Assembly: GCA_963708135.1 (NCBI GenBank)
Contig: OY970192.1
Span: forward strand, 896,001-960,000
Direction of reading: 5' to 3'
Source: an uncultured Gemmatimonadales bacterium
GTDB taxonomy: Bacteria > Gemmatimonadota > Gemmatimonadetes > Longimicrobiales > RSA9
DNA length: 64,000 nt
Position numbers and translations under genes: made by a program. This document shows, piece by piece, positions 20,158-29,481 of this stretch (positions are counted from its first letter, which is position 1; each line of letters opens with the position of its first letter). Below the pieces are notes generated by a model, which searched no databases, was not told the DNA's origin, and saw nothing but the letters and a program-made list of their open reading frames with translations.

Positions 20158-20786
20158 GGACCATGCCGGGCGGCTGGCAGGCCCACGAGTCGAGCTACGT
20201 GGACGAAGGCGCCCGCATCGGCACCGGCGCCAGGATCTGGCACTTCTGCCACGTCATGGCCGGGGCCGACATCGGCGAGGGCTGCTCGCTCGGCCAGAAC
20301 GTGGTGGTCATGCCGCGCGTCCGTCTCGGCCGCAACGTGAAGGTCCAGAACAACGTCAGCATCTACGAGGGCGTGGTCTGCGAGGACGATGTCTTCCTCG
20401 GGCCCTCCATGGTGTTCACCAACGTCCTGAACCCCCGCAGCCATGTCCCGCGGAAGCACGAGTACCGCCCGACTCACGTTGGACGCGGCGCCTCCATCGG
20501 CGCCAACGCCACCATCGTCTGCGGCCACGACCTGGGCGAGTACAGCTTCATCGGCGCCGGCGCCGTGGTCACGAGCCACGTGCCGGCCTACGCCCTCATG
20601 GTCGGCGTGCCCGCGCGCCGCGCGGGGTGGATGTGCCGGTGCGGCGCGCCGCTGGGCGACACCGCCCCGGGCGGAGCGCTCCACTGCCCGGCGTGCGGCG
20701 CGGCCTACCGCCGCCTCTCCGAGAGCGAGCTCGCGCCGGCCGACTCCGTTTCCGCGGGGCCGACGCTGCCCGCCACCCTGGCCTAG
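20154..20786 (+). CDS. Hexapeptide-repeat N-acetyltransferase (WbpD-like)
   Basis: HESSYVDEGARIG..IWHFCHVM..SLGQNV..KVQNNVSIYEGV..FLGPSMVFTNV; C-terminal CRCG/CPAC. Confidence 0.92.
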   Translation: MRTMPGGWQAHESSYVDEGARIGTGARIWHFCHVMAGADIGEGCSLGQNVVVMPRVRLGRNVKVQNNVSIYEGVVCEDDVFLGPSMVFTNVLNPRSHVPRKHEYRPTHVGRGASIGANATIVCGHDLGEYSFIGAGAVVTSHVPAYALMVGVPARRAGWMCRCGAPLGDTAPGGALHCPACGAAYRRLSESELAPADSVSAGPTLPATLA

Positions 20787-20843
20787 CGGCTTGCCGCTCC
20801 GGTTCGGGGTCGGCGGATCCACGGGCCTCCGCGGAAGCGTCCG

Positions 20844-21821
20844 ATGGAGCTGACGGGCAAGCGGATCCTGGTCATCGGCGGCGCCGGCTTCATCGGCAGC
20901 CACGTGGTGGCCGAGCTGCTGGGGACGGATGTGGGCGAGGTCGTCATCTTCGACAACTTCGCGCGCGGCCGGATGAGCAACATCGAGCCCTACCTGGAGG
21001 ATGCGCGCTGTTCCGTGTTCCCCGACGGCGGCGACATCCGCGATACCGACGTGCTCGACGCCGCAATGCGGGGCGCCCACGGGGTGGTGCATCTCGCCGC
21101 CATGTGGCTGCTGCACTGCAAGGACTACCCGCGCACAGCCTTCCACGTGAACGTTGAGGGCACCTTCAACGTGCTCGAGGCGTGCGTCCGTCACGACGTC
21201 GAGCGCCTCGTCTACTCGTCCTCCGCCTCGGTCTACGGCGACGCCGTCGAGGTCCCGATGACGGAGGCGCACCCCTTCAACAATCGCAACTTCTACGGCG
21301 CCACGAAGATCGCGGGCGAGGCCATGTGCCGGGCGTTCCACGACCGGTACGGCCTGAGCTACGTCGGCCTGCGCTACATGAACGTCTACGGCCCCCACCA
21401 GGACCAGACCGCCGTCTACACCGGCGTCATCCCGATCGTGCTGAACAGGATCGACACCGGCGAAGCGCCGGTCGTGAACGGCGACGGCACGCAGGCCTAC
21501 GACTTCATCACCGCACGCGACGTCGCGCGCTGCAACGTAGTCGCCCTCCGCTCGGACGTCGCCGACGAGTTCTACAACGTGGGGACAGGTGTCCAGACGA
21601 GCATCCGTGAGCTGTGCGAGCTGATCCTCGAGCTCGCGGATTCGCCGCTCGAGGTCACCTACCGCCCCTACGGCGCGGACGACGCGCGGCGCCTCGTGCA
21701 GAACCGCATCGGCTCGCCGGTGAAGGCGCGCGAGGAGCTCGGCTTCGACTACCGTGACTCGCTCCGCGATGGGCTGCGCGAGCTCATCGCCTGGCGCGCG
21801 GCGCACGAGGGACAGTGGTGA
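20844..21821 (+). CDS. NAD-dependent epimerase/dehydratase (extended SDR)
   Basis: [34 protein letters not shown]. Confidence 0.9.
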   Translation: MELTGKRILVIGGAGFIGSHVVAELLGTDVGEVVIFDNFARGRMSNIEPYLEDARCSVFPDGGDIRDTDVLDAAMRGAHGVVHLAAMWLLHCKDYPRTAFHVNVEGTFNVLEACVRHDVERLVYSSSASVYGDAVEVPMTEAHPFNNRNFYGATKIAGEAMCRAFHDRYGLSYVGLRYMNVYGPHQDQTAVYTGVIPIVLNRIDTGEAPVVNGDGTQAYDFITARDVARCNVVALRSDVADEFYNVGTGVQTSIRELCELILELADSPLEVTYRPYGADDARRLVQNRIGSPVKAREELGFDYRDSLRDGLRELIAWRAAHEGQW

Positions 21822-22969
21822 AGACCCTCCGCCGGATCGCGATCTCGCAGCCGTCCACGGGCGAGGAGGAGTGGCTCGCGCTGCGCGAGCCGCTCGAGAG
21901 CGGCTGGCTCACTCAGGGACCCCGCGTCGCCGCGTTCGAGAAGGCCTTCGCCGAGCGCCACCGGGTCAACCACGCACTGGCGGTGACCAGCTGCACGGCG
22001 GGACTGCACCTCCTGCTCGCCGCCGCCGGGATCGGCCCCGGCGACGAGGTCATCGTGCCCGCGTTCACCTGGGTGGCCACCGCCAACGCCGTGCTCTACA
22101 CGGGAGCGACGCCCGTCTTCGCCGACGTGAGCCCGCTCACGAACAACCTGGACGTTGCCGATCTCTCCCGGCGGATCACCCCGCGCACCCGCGCCGTCCT
22201 CGCTGTCCACCTGTTCGGCCTGTGCGCCGACGTGGACGCGATCCGCGCCGTCCTGCCCGACGGCGTCCTGCTGTTCGAGGATGCCGCCTGCGCCGCAGGC
22301 GCGAGCTACCGCGGCCGGGCCGCCGGCGGGCTCGGCGATGCGGCGGCCTTTTCGTTCCATCCGCGCAAGTCGATCACCACGGGCGAGGGCGGGATGCTGA
22401 CCACGAACGACGCGGCGCTCGCCGAGGCGGCGAACCGGCTGCGGAACCACGGCGCCAGCGTCTCGGAGGAGCAGCGCCACCTGGGCCGGCGGCCGTTCCT
22501 GCTGCCCGAGTTCGAGGTCCTCGGCTTCAACTACCGCATGACGGACCTGCAGGGCGCGATCGGGCTCGTCCAGCTCGGCAAGCTGGACCGCTTCATCGCC
22601 GAGCGGCAGCGCGCGGCGGAGTTCTACCGCGACGCCCTGGCGGAGCTCTCCTGGCTCCGCATGCCCCTCTTCCCGGAGGGCGGTGGCCATGCCTGGCAGG
22701 CGTTCGTCACGTACGTGGACCCCTCGGCGGCGCCGATGCCGCGGAACGAGCTCATGGAGGCGCTCGAGGAGCGCGGCGTCGCCACGCGGCCCGGCACCCA
22801 CGCGGTCCATATGCTCGGCTACTACCGCGACCGCTTCGGCCTTCGGCCGGAGGATTACCCGGGCGCCCGGGCCTGTAACGACCACACGATGGCCATTCCC
22901 CTGCACAACCGCATGGACGAGGAGGACTACGCGTACGTGGCGGAGTGCCTGAGGGAGGTCGGCGGCTGA
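21818..22969 (+). CDS. DegT/DnrJ/EryC1/StrS PLP aminotransferase
   Basis: WLTQGP, SCTAGLHL, EDAACA, SFHPRKSITTGEGG, GFNYRMTDLQ. Confidence 0.92.
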   Translation: MKTLRRIAISQPSTGEEEWLALREPLESGWLTQGPRVAAFEKAFAERHRVNHALAVTSCTAGLHLLLAAAGIGPGDEVIVPAFTWVATANAVLYTGATPVFADVSPLTNNLDVADLSRRITPRTRAVLAVHLFGLCADVDAIRAVLPDGVLLFEDAACAAGASYRGRAAGGLGDAAAFSFHPRKSITTGEGGMLTTNDAALAEAANRLRNHGASVSEEQRHLGRRPFLLPEFEVLGFNYRMTDLQGAIGLVQLGKLDRFIAERQRAAEFYRDALAELSWLRMPLFPEGGGHAWQAFVTYVDPSAAPMPRNELMEALEERGVATRPGTHAVHMLGYYRDRFGLRPEDYPGARACNDHTMAIPLHNRMDEEDYAYVAECLREVGG

Positions 22970-22994
22970 CGCAGCCGGAGCGGACGGACTCGAC

Positions 22995-24872
22995 ATGTGT
23001 GGCATCACCGGCGTCCTGAGCCTGCGCGGCGAGGCGGCTTCCCCGGGCGTCCTGCAGCGGATGGCCCGGGCGATCGCGCACCGGGGCCCCGATGGCGAGG
23101 GCGTCCACACCGACGGCCCGCTCGGTTTCGCGCACCGCCGGCTGGCCATCATCGACCTCTCGCCCGCCGGCCGGCAGCCGATGGTCACCGACGACGGCGC
23201 CGTCGCCCTCACCTACAACGGCGAGGTCTACAACTTCCGCGAGCTCCGGAGGGAGCTCGAGGGGCTCGGTCACGCGTTCCGCTCGCGCACGGACTCCGAG
23301 GTGGTGCTCCGCTCCTGGGTCGAGTGGGGCGCCGACTGCGTCACCCGCTTCAACGGCATGTTCGCCTTCGCCGTCTGGGACCGGCGCGAAAACGCGCTGT
23401 TCCTGGTGCGCGACCGCTACGGCGTGAAGCCGCTCTATCACGCTTGCTTCGACGGCACGTTCCTCTTCGGCTCCGAGCAGAAGGCGATCCTGCAGCACCC
23501 CGCCGCCCGTCGCGAGCTCGACCGGCGCGCGCTCCTCGAGTACTTCACCTTCCAGAACATCTTTACGGATCGGACGCTCCTGGAGGGCATCCGGCTGCTG
23601 CCTCCCGCGAGCGTCGCCCGCGTGGATGCCTGCGGCGACGGGACGATCTCCATCGCGCGCTACTGGGACTACTGCTTCCGGGAACCGGACCGCCCCGTGG
23701 ACGTGCGGGAGTACAGGGAGGAGCTCGGCCGGCTGCTCGAGCAGGCCGTACGGAGACAGCTCGTCACCGACGTGGAGCTCGGGTCCTACCTCTCCGGTGG
23801 CATGGACTCCGGCACCCTGACGGCGCTCGCCGCCCGCGAGCTGCCCTACATCAAGACGTTCACCTGCGGCTTCGACCTGAGCTCCGCCTCCGGGTTGGAG
23901 CTCGCCTACGACGAGCGCACGCGCGCCGAGGCGATGTCCGCCCGCTTCCGGACCGAGCACTACGAGATGGTCCTCAAGGCGGGCGACATGGAGCGCTGCA
24001 TGCCCCGCCTCGCCTGGCACATCGAGGAGCCGAGGGTCGGGCAGAGCTACCCGAACTTCTACGCCGCCCAGCTGGCCGGGAAGTTCGTCTCCGTCGTCCT
24101 GAGCGGCGCCGGCGGCGACGAGCTCTTCGCCGGCTACCCGTGGCGCTACTACCGCGCCGTCGGCGCCAACGGCTTCGAGGAGTACATCGACCGCTATTAC
24201 CTCTACTGGCAGCGGCTGGTGGACAACCGCGACCTGAAGCGGCTGTTCCGCCCCGTCTGGTGCGATGTCGAGGATGTGTGGACGCGCGACATCTTCCGCG
24301 ATGTCTTCCTCACCCACGCGAGCGGGCTCGAGCGGCCCGAGGACTACATCAACCACTCGCTCTACTTCGAGGCCAAGACGTTCCTGCACGGCCTGTTCGT
24401 GGTCGAGGACAAGCTCAGCATGGCACACGGGCTCGAGACGCGAGTCCCGTTCATGGACAACGACCTGGTGGACTTCGCCATGCGCTGCCCCGTCGCGCTC
24501 AAGCTCAACAACCTGACCGAGGTCGTACGCATCGACGAGAACCTGTCCGGCGACAAGCAGGGCCAGTTCTTCCAGAAGACCAGGGACGGCAAGCAGATCC
24601 TGCGCGATGTCATGGAGCGCTACGTCACTGCCGATATCTCGGGCGCGGTCAAGCAGGGCTTCTCCGCGCCCGACGCCAGCTGGTTCAAGGGCGAGAGCAT
24701 CGAGTTCGTCAGGCGGAAGCTCTTCGATCCGAACGCCCGGATCTACGACGTGCTGGATCGCGCCACGGTTCAGGAGCTCGTGTGTCAGCACCTGTCCGGC
24801 GCCGAGAACCGCCGCCTCCTCATCTGGTCGCTGCTGAGCATCGAGGAGGCGCTCGCCAGGGGGTTCGCATGA
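22995..24872 (+). CDS. asnB: Asparagine synthase-like glutamine amidotransferase (polysaccharide amidation, WbpS-like)
   Basis: N-terminal MCGI, HRGPD, HRRLAIID, YNGEVYN, LSGGMDS, SGAGGDELF. Confidence 0.92.
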   Translation: MCGITGVLSLRGEAASPGVLQRMARAIAHRGPDGEGVHTDGPLGFAHRRLAIIDLSPAGRQPMVTDDGAVALTYNGEVYNFRELRRELEGLGHAFRSRTDSEVVLRSWVEWGADCVTRFNGMFAFAVWDRRENALFLVRDRYGVKPLYHACFDGTFLFGSEQKAILQHPAARRELDRRALLEYFTFQNIFTDRTLLEGIRLLPPASVARVDACGDGTISIARYWDYCFREPDRPVDVREYREELGRLLEQAVRRQLVTDVELGSYLSGGMDSGTLTALAARELPYIKTFTCGFDLSSASGLELAYDERTRAEAMSARFRTEHYEMVLKAGDMERCMPRLAWHIEEPRVGQSYPNFYAAQLAGKFVSVVLSGAGGDELFAGYPWRYYRAVGANGFEEYIDRYYLYWQRLVDNRDLKRLFRPVWCDVEDVWTRDIFRDVFLTHASGLERPEDYINHSLYFEAKTFLHGLFVVEDKLSMAHGLETRVPFMDNDLVDFAMRCPVALKLNNLTEVVRIDENLSGDKQGQFFQKTRDGKQILRDVMERYVTADISGAVKQGFSAPDASWFKGESIEFVRRKLFDPNARIYDVLDRATVQELVCQHLSGAENRRLLIWSLLSIEEALARGFA

Positions 24873-25984
24873 CGCCTGCGCCCGCCCGTCTCGCGCGCTC
24901 GGGAGCGCGCGCACCGGGCACCGCCGGCGGCGGGTCTTTCGCCGGGCCGTTCATCCCGCACTCGGCGCCCTGGATCGTGGAGGAGGACCGGGAAGCCGTC
25001 GCCCGCACGCTCGAGGGCGGGCAGATCGCCGCCGGCGCGCTCGCCGCGGATCTCGAGCGCGAGGTCGCCGCCAGGCACGGGGCGCTCGGCGCCGTCGCCG
25101 CCGGGAGCGGGACGGCGGCGCTCGCCCTCGCGCTGCGCGGTCTCGGCGTCGGCCCGGGCGACGAGGTGGTGCTGCCCACCTACGTCTGCCGCGCCGTGCT
25201 CGACGCTGTCGCCGCGTCGGGTGCCGCTCCGGTCCTGTGCGACGTATCCGAAGGCTGGCTCATGACCCCAGCGACCGTCGCGTCTCGCGTCGGTCCGCGG
25301 ACCCGTGCAGTGATCGTGGTGCATCTGTTCGGGATCGCCGCCGACACCGCCGGCATCCTCGAGCTCGGCATTCCGGTGGTGGAGGACTGCTGCCAGGCGT
25401 TCGGGGCGCCGGCCCCGGGTGGTGTGGTCGGCCGGGCCGGCGCGTGCGCTGTCTTCTCGTTCCACGCCACCAAGTGCCTGACGGCGGGGGAGGGGGGTGC
25501 GGTGGCCTCGGGGGACGCAGCCCTCCTGGCCCGGATCCGAGCGGCGCGAGCGGCGCGCGCCGTGCCCGCGCCGCTCAGCGACCTGCAGTCCGCACTCGGC
25601 CTTAGCCAGCTGCGCAGGTACGCCGCGTTCCTGGAGGCACGCGCGGCCCAGGCGCAGGAGTACTTCGGGGCGCTGCCGGACTCGCTCACGGCGCCCCTGC
25701 GCGCGCTCGCGGCCCGTTCCATGTTCTTCCGCTTCCCGCTGCGGCTGCCGGCGCCGGACGCATCCGCGTTCGAGCGTGCGCGCCGCTTCTTCGAGGCGCG
25801 TGGGATCGCGGTGAGACGGGGCGTCGATGCGCTGCTGCACCGCGAGCTCGGATTTCCCGACGCCTCGTTCCCCGGCGCGGTCCGCTGCTTCGATGCGACG
25901 CTCTCTATTCCGCTGCGTCCGGGCCTCGGCCCGGAGGCGCGGGTCAGGATCATCGATGGAGTCCGTGAGTACCTGGGAGCGTGA
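24869..25984 (+). CDS. Divergent DegT-family PLP aminotransferase
   Basis: SGTAAL, EDCCQAFGA, SFHATKCLTAGEGG, LSDLQSALG; ATGA overlap with asnB. Confidence 0.85.
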   Translation: MTPAPARLARSGARAPGTAGGGSFAGPFIPHSAPWIVEEDREAVARTLEGGQIAAGALAADLEREVAARHGALGAVAAGSGTAALALALRGLGVGPGDEVVLPTYVCRAVLDAVAASGAAPVLCDVSEGWLMTPATVASRVGPRTRAVIVVHLFGIAADTAGILELGIPVVEDCCQAFGAPAPGGVVGRAGACAVFSFHATKCLTAGEGGAVASGDAALLARIRAARAARAVPAPLSDLQSALGLSQLRRYAAFLEARAAQAQEYFGALPDSLTAPLRALAARSMFFRFPLRLPAPDASAFERARRFFEARGIAVRRGVDALLHRELGFPDASFPGAVRCFDATLSIPLRPGLGPEARVRIIDGVREYLGA

Positions 25985-26597
25985 GAAGCGCCGGATCGTC
26001 GAGCGCTACGACGCGCGGCTGGCCACGCACGGGCCCGAGTTCGCGGCGCTCAACTCCGGCACGGAGGAGCGGCGGGAGCTTCGTTTCCGGATCCTCGCCG
26101 AGGTCGGGATCCAGCCGGGGGACAGCGTGCTCGACCTGGGCTGCGGCCTCGGCGACTTCTCCGCCCACCTCGCCTCGCGCGGCCTGGAGGTGGACTATAC
26201 GGGCTACGACATCAACCCGGCGCTGGTCGAGGCCGCCCGCTCCCGCCATCCGGGGCGGCGCTTCGAGGTGCGGGACATCCTGGAGGAGCCCTTTCCCGAG
26301 TTCGACTACATCGTCTCCACCTCGTGCTTCAACCTCAGGCTCGCGGAGGCCGACAACTACTCGCTGGCCGCCGAAATGCTGGGGCGTTGCTACGAGCACG
26401 CGCGCCGCGGCGTCAGCATCGACTTCCTGACGTCCTACGTGGATTTCCCCTCCGCCGAGGGGTTCCACTACGAGCCCGAGCGGATCTTCGCCATCGCGAA
26501 GACGCTCACCAAGCGCGTCTGCCTGCGCCACGACTACCCCCTCTTCGAGTTCAATGTGTACCTCTACCGCGACTTCCAGGGCTGGGAAAAACCGTGA
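25956..26597 (+). CDS. Class I SAM-dependent methyltransferase
   Basis: SVLDLGCGLGD, YTGYDIN, FDYIVSTSCFN. Confidence 0.88.
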   Translation: MESVSTWEREKRRIVERYDARLATHGPEFAALNSGTEERRELRFRILAEVGIQPGDSVLDLGCGLGDFSAHLASRGLEVDYTGYDINPALVEAARSRHPGRRFEVRDILEEPFPEFDYIVSTSCFNLRLAEADNYSLAAEMLGRCYEHARRGVSIDFLTSYVDFPSAEGFHYEPERIFAIAKTLTKRVCLRHDYPLFEFNVYLYRDFQGWEKP

Positions 26598-27463
26598 TCG
26601 TCCTCACCATGGACGTGGACTTCACCGACCATCGCTCCGGCGCGCCGGTGGATGAGATGGAGCTCCTGTTCGCGCCGCTGCGCCGGGTGTGCGCGGAGCT
26701 GCCAGAGGCGCGCTTCACGTGGTTCGTGCGCATCGACGCGGGCATGGCGGAGATCCATGGCCGCCCCGACTGGGCTTTCGAGCGCCACGCGGGAGCGCTC
26801 GACTGGCTGCGGGCCGCCGGGCACGAGATCGCGTGGCATCACCACGCCTACCGTCGCGGGCGCGCGCGTCGCTGGCTGCCGGAGGTGCGCCCGGACCGCG
26901 TCGTCGAGCAGCTGCGCGCCGCGAGCGACGTGGCCCACGCCAATGGACTGCGCTCCACCCGGATGGGATGGGGGTTCCAGGCGAACGAGACCGTCGCCGT
27001 GCTGCCGGCGCTCGGCTGGCCGGTCGACAGCAGCGCCATCCCGCGCCCACGCTATTCCTGGAGCGTCGGCGCCGACTGGGTGCCCACGCCGCAGCACCCC
27101 TACCGGCCCTCGCGTGCCGACTACCGCGTGCCCGGCACGCCGAGCCACGACCTGCTCGAGATCCCGATCACGACCGTGCCGCTGGGGGTGCCAACCGACA
27201 CTGTGCCCGACGTGCGCCGCTACGTGGATCCTGCGTACCACGCGAAGGTATTCGACTGCGCGCTCGCGCGGCTCGGTGACACGGATCCGGTGGTGCTCGT
27301 CTGCCACCCCTACGAGACGGCCGCGGCGAGCGAGCCGCATCCGCTGCTGGCTTTCGACCCGGACGTCTTCCGGCGTAACCTCGAGGTGCTGCTCGCCCGC
27401 TTCGGGCCGACCGCAACGGTTGCCGAGGCGGCCGCGTGCTACGAGACGTGGTTGCCCGCATGA
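26594..27463 (+). CDS. Polysaccharide deacetylase-like (NodB/GH57-fold) protein
   Basis: VLTMDVD, FTWFV, GHEIAWHHH, DSS, LLEIPITT, VLVCHPYE; GTGA overlap. Confidence 0.65.
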   Translation: MIVLTMDVDFTDHRSGAPVDEMELLFAPLRRVCAELPEARFTWFVRIDAGMAEIHGRPDWAFERHAGALDWLRAAGHEIAWHHHAYRRGRARRWLPEVRPDRVVEQLRAASDVAHANGLRSTRMGWGFQANETVAVLPALGWPVDSSAIPRPRYSWSVGADWVPTPQHPYRPSRADYRVPGTPSHDLLEIPITTVPLGVPTDTVPDVRRYVDPAYHAKVFDCALARLGDTDPVVLVCHPYETAAASEPHPLLAFDPDVFRRNLEVLLARFGPTATVAEAAACYETWLPA

Positions 27464-29481
27464 GGGGAGCCTCGGAGGTGCAGCTCCTTGACACCACGCT
27501 CCGCGACGGCAGCTACGTCGTCGGGTTCCAGCTCACGGCTCAGGACACGGCGGTCATCGCGGCCACGCTCGACGCCAACGGCGTCCCTTTCATCGAGGTC
27601 GGCCACGGGCTGGGGATGAACGCCGGCGCCAACCCGCGCATGCGCGCCGCCTGCTCCGACGAGGATTACCTGCGCGCCGCCGCCGGGGTCGTGCAACGGG
27701 GGCGGTGGGGGATGTTCTTCATTCCGGGCATCGGCCGCATGCGCGATCTCGACCTGGCCGCCTCCTGGGGTATGGGCTTCGTCCGGATCGGGACCAATGT
27801 CACGGAGGTCGAAACGGCCGCCCCCTTCATCGCGCACGCCCGGCGCCTGGGGATGTTCGTCTCGGCGAATTTCATGAAGACCTACGCCGAGCCTCCGGCG
27901 CGCGTCGGCGCGCTCGCCCGGCAGGCCGCCGACTACGGCGCCGACATCGTCTGCATCGTGGATTCTGCGGGCGGCATGTTCCCGGAGGACGTGGCGGCGT
28001 ACTTCGAGGCCGCGCGCGCCGAGACCGAGGTGCCGCTCGGCTTCCACGGGCACAACAACCTCGGCCTCGCCATTGCCAACACCCTGCGCGCGGTCGAACT
28101 GGGTGCCGCGGTCGTGGACACCTCCATCCGCGGAATGGGACGCAGCGCCGGCAACGCGAGCACGGAGATCCTGCTGTTGGCGCTGCGGCGCCGCGGCATT
28201 GAGCTCGGCATCGATCCGCTCCGGATCATGACCATCGCCGAGCGCTGGATCGATCCGATGGTCCGCAGCAGCCCGCAGGTGGACTCGATCGGCATCGTCT
28301 CCGGCTACGCGCAGTTCCACTCCTCCTTCCTGGGCACGGTGCTCGAGCATGCGGGCCGCTTCGGCGTGGACCCACGCGAGCTGATCCTGCGGGTTGCCCG
28401 GGAGGACAAGGTGAACGCGCCGCCGGAGCTCGTCGAGCGGCTGGCGCGCGAGCTCGCGGACCGCCCGGAGGTGCCCCGTCACCTGTCGGTCCGCCCCCCG
28501 GCGGTCGAGCGAGGTGAGGCGGAGACGCCGGCGGCGAGCGCCGCGCGCGTCGCCGCGGACGCGCGCACCGTGGCGCGCAAGCTGGGGAAGACGGCCGTCT
28601 TCAACCTGGTCCAGGCCTCCCGCCCCGGCGCCGGGACCTGCATTTCCGCCACCATCGTCGACGGGCCGTCCTTCGTCACCGCCAGTGCGGAAATCGCGTC
28701 CGCGGTGGACGCGGAGGCCGTCGCGAAGGCCGTGGATGGCATCGTTGCCGCGATCCTGCTCGACTGCGACGCGAAGTCCTCCCTCAGCCGCGCCATCGTG
28801 GAGGCGGTCCGGCGGGCGGCCGCGGGCACGCGCATCCTCCCTTACGGCGACACGGACGCATGGGCACGGAGCGTCGTCGGCCTCGCGCTCGAGCTCGGCG
28901 GCGGCGTTCCCGGATCCGTCGCGCTCGTCGGCGCTACGCCGCTCGCGGAGGAGTGCGCCCGGCGGTTCCGACAGCTCGGCGCCGCCTGCCGGCTCCTCCC
29001 CCCGGACAAGTGGGCTCCAGACGCCGTGGCCCGGGCGGACGTCATTGTCGTTTGCGAGCCGCTCCGCGCGGAGAGTCCCGTGCTCGAGCGGGTTTTCGGC
29101 TCGGCGGGCAACATCGTGATCGACGCGTTGATCGGCGCCCTGCCGGAGGACGCGCTCGGACGCTCCTTCGGTGCCGGACGACCGGTCTTCAGGCCGGACA
29201 TGCGCGCCGTCATCCATGGCGAGATCAGCGCCGCCCTCGGCACCGCGGCCCTGGTCGAGGGCTCGCTGGGGACGGCGGAGATTGCCGGCGTGCGGGTGGC
29301 GGCGGGCGGCCGCGTCGCCCCGCGGGGCACGGTCATCGTGGACTCCGCCCGTGCGCCGACGCGCGTGCTCGGGATCGCCGACGGCCGCGGGTTCCTCCTG
29401 CCCGCCGGCGACCTGGGCGAGGAGATGCGCGCCCGCCTCGACGCCGTGCAGGCGGAGCTCTTCACGGTGGTCGCCGGGTGA
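27460..29481 (+). CDS. 4-hydroxy-2-oxovalerate aldolase-like (DmpG/HMGL-like) protein with ~330-aa C-terminal extension
   Basis: LDTTLRDGSY, IEVGHGLG, VDSAGGM, GFHGHNNLGLAIAN, GMGRSAGN, GYAQFHSSFL..YGVD-like communication domain. Confidence 0.82.
   Translation: MRGASEVQLLDTTLRDGSYVVGFQLTAQDTAVIAATLDANGVPFIEVGHGLGMNAGANPRMRAACSDEDYLRAAAGVVQRGRWGMFFIPGIGRMRDLDLAASWGMGFVRIGTNVTEVETAAPFIAHARRLGMFVSANFMKTYAEPPARVGALARQAADYGADIVCIVDSAGGMFPEDVAAYFEAARAETEVPLGFHGHNNLGLAIANTLRAVELGAAVVDTSIRGMGRSAGNASTEILLLALRRRGIELGIDPLRIMTIAERWIDPMVRSSPQVDSIGIVSGYAQFHSSFLGTVLEHAGRFGVDPRELILRVAREDKVNAPPELVERLARELADRPEVPRHLSVRPPAVERGEAETPAASAARVAADARTVARKLGKTAVFNLVQASRPGAGTCISATIVDGPSFVTASAEIASAVDAEAVAKAVDGIVAAILLDCDAKSSLSRAIVEAVRRAAAGTRILPYGDTDAWARSVVGLALELGGGVPGSVALVGATPLAEECARRFRQLGAACRLLPPDKWAPDAVARADVIVVCEPLRAESPVLERVFGSAGNIVIDALIGALPEDALGRSFGAGRPVFRPDMRAVIHGEISAALGTAALVEGSLGTAEIAGVRVAAGGRVAPRGTVIVDSARAPTRVLGIADGRGFLLPAGDLGEEMRARLDAVQAELFTVVAG

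Noticed and set aside
27460..29481. Aromatic meta-cleavage pathway
   Set aside because: No dmpF/mhpF, hydratase or dioxygenase nearby; the gene is embedded in a glycan locus
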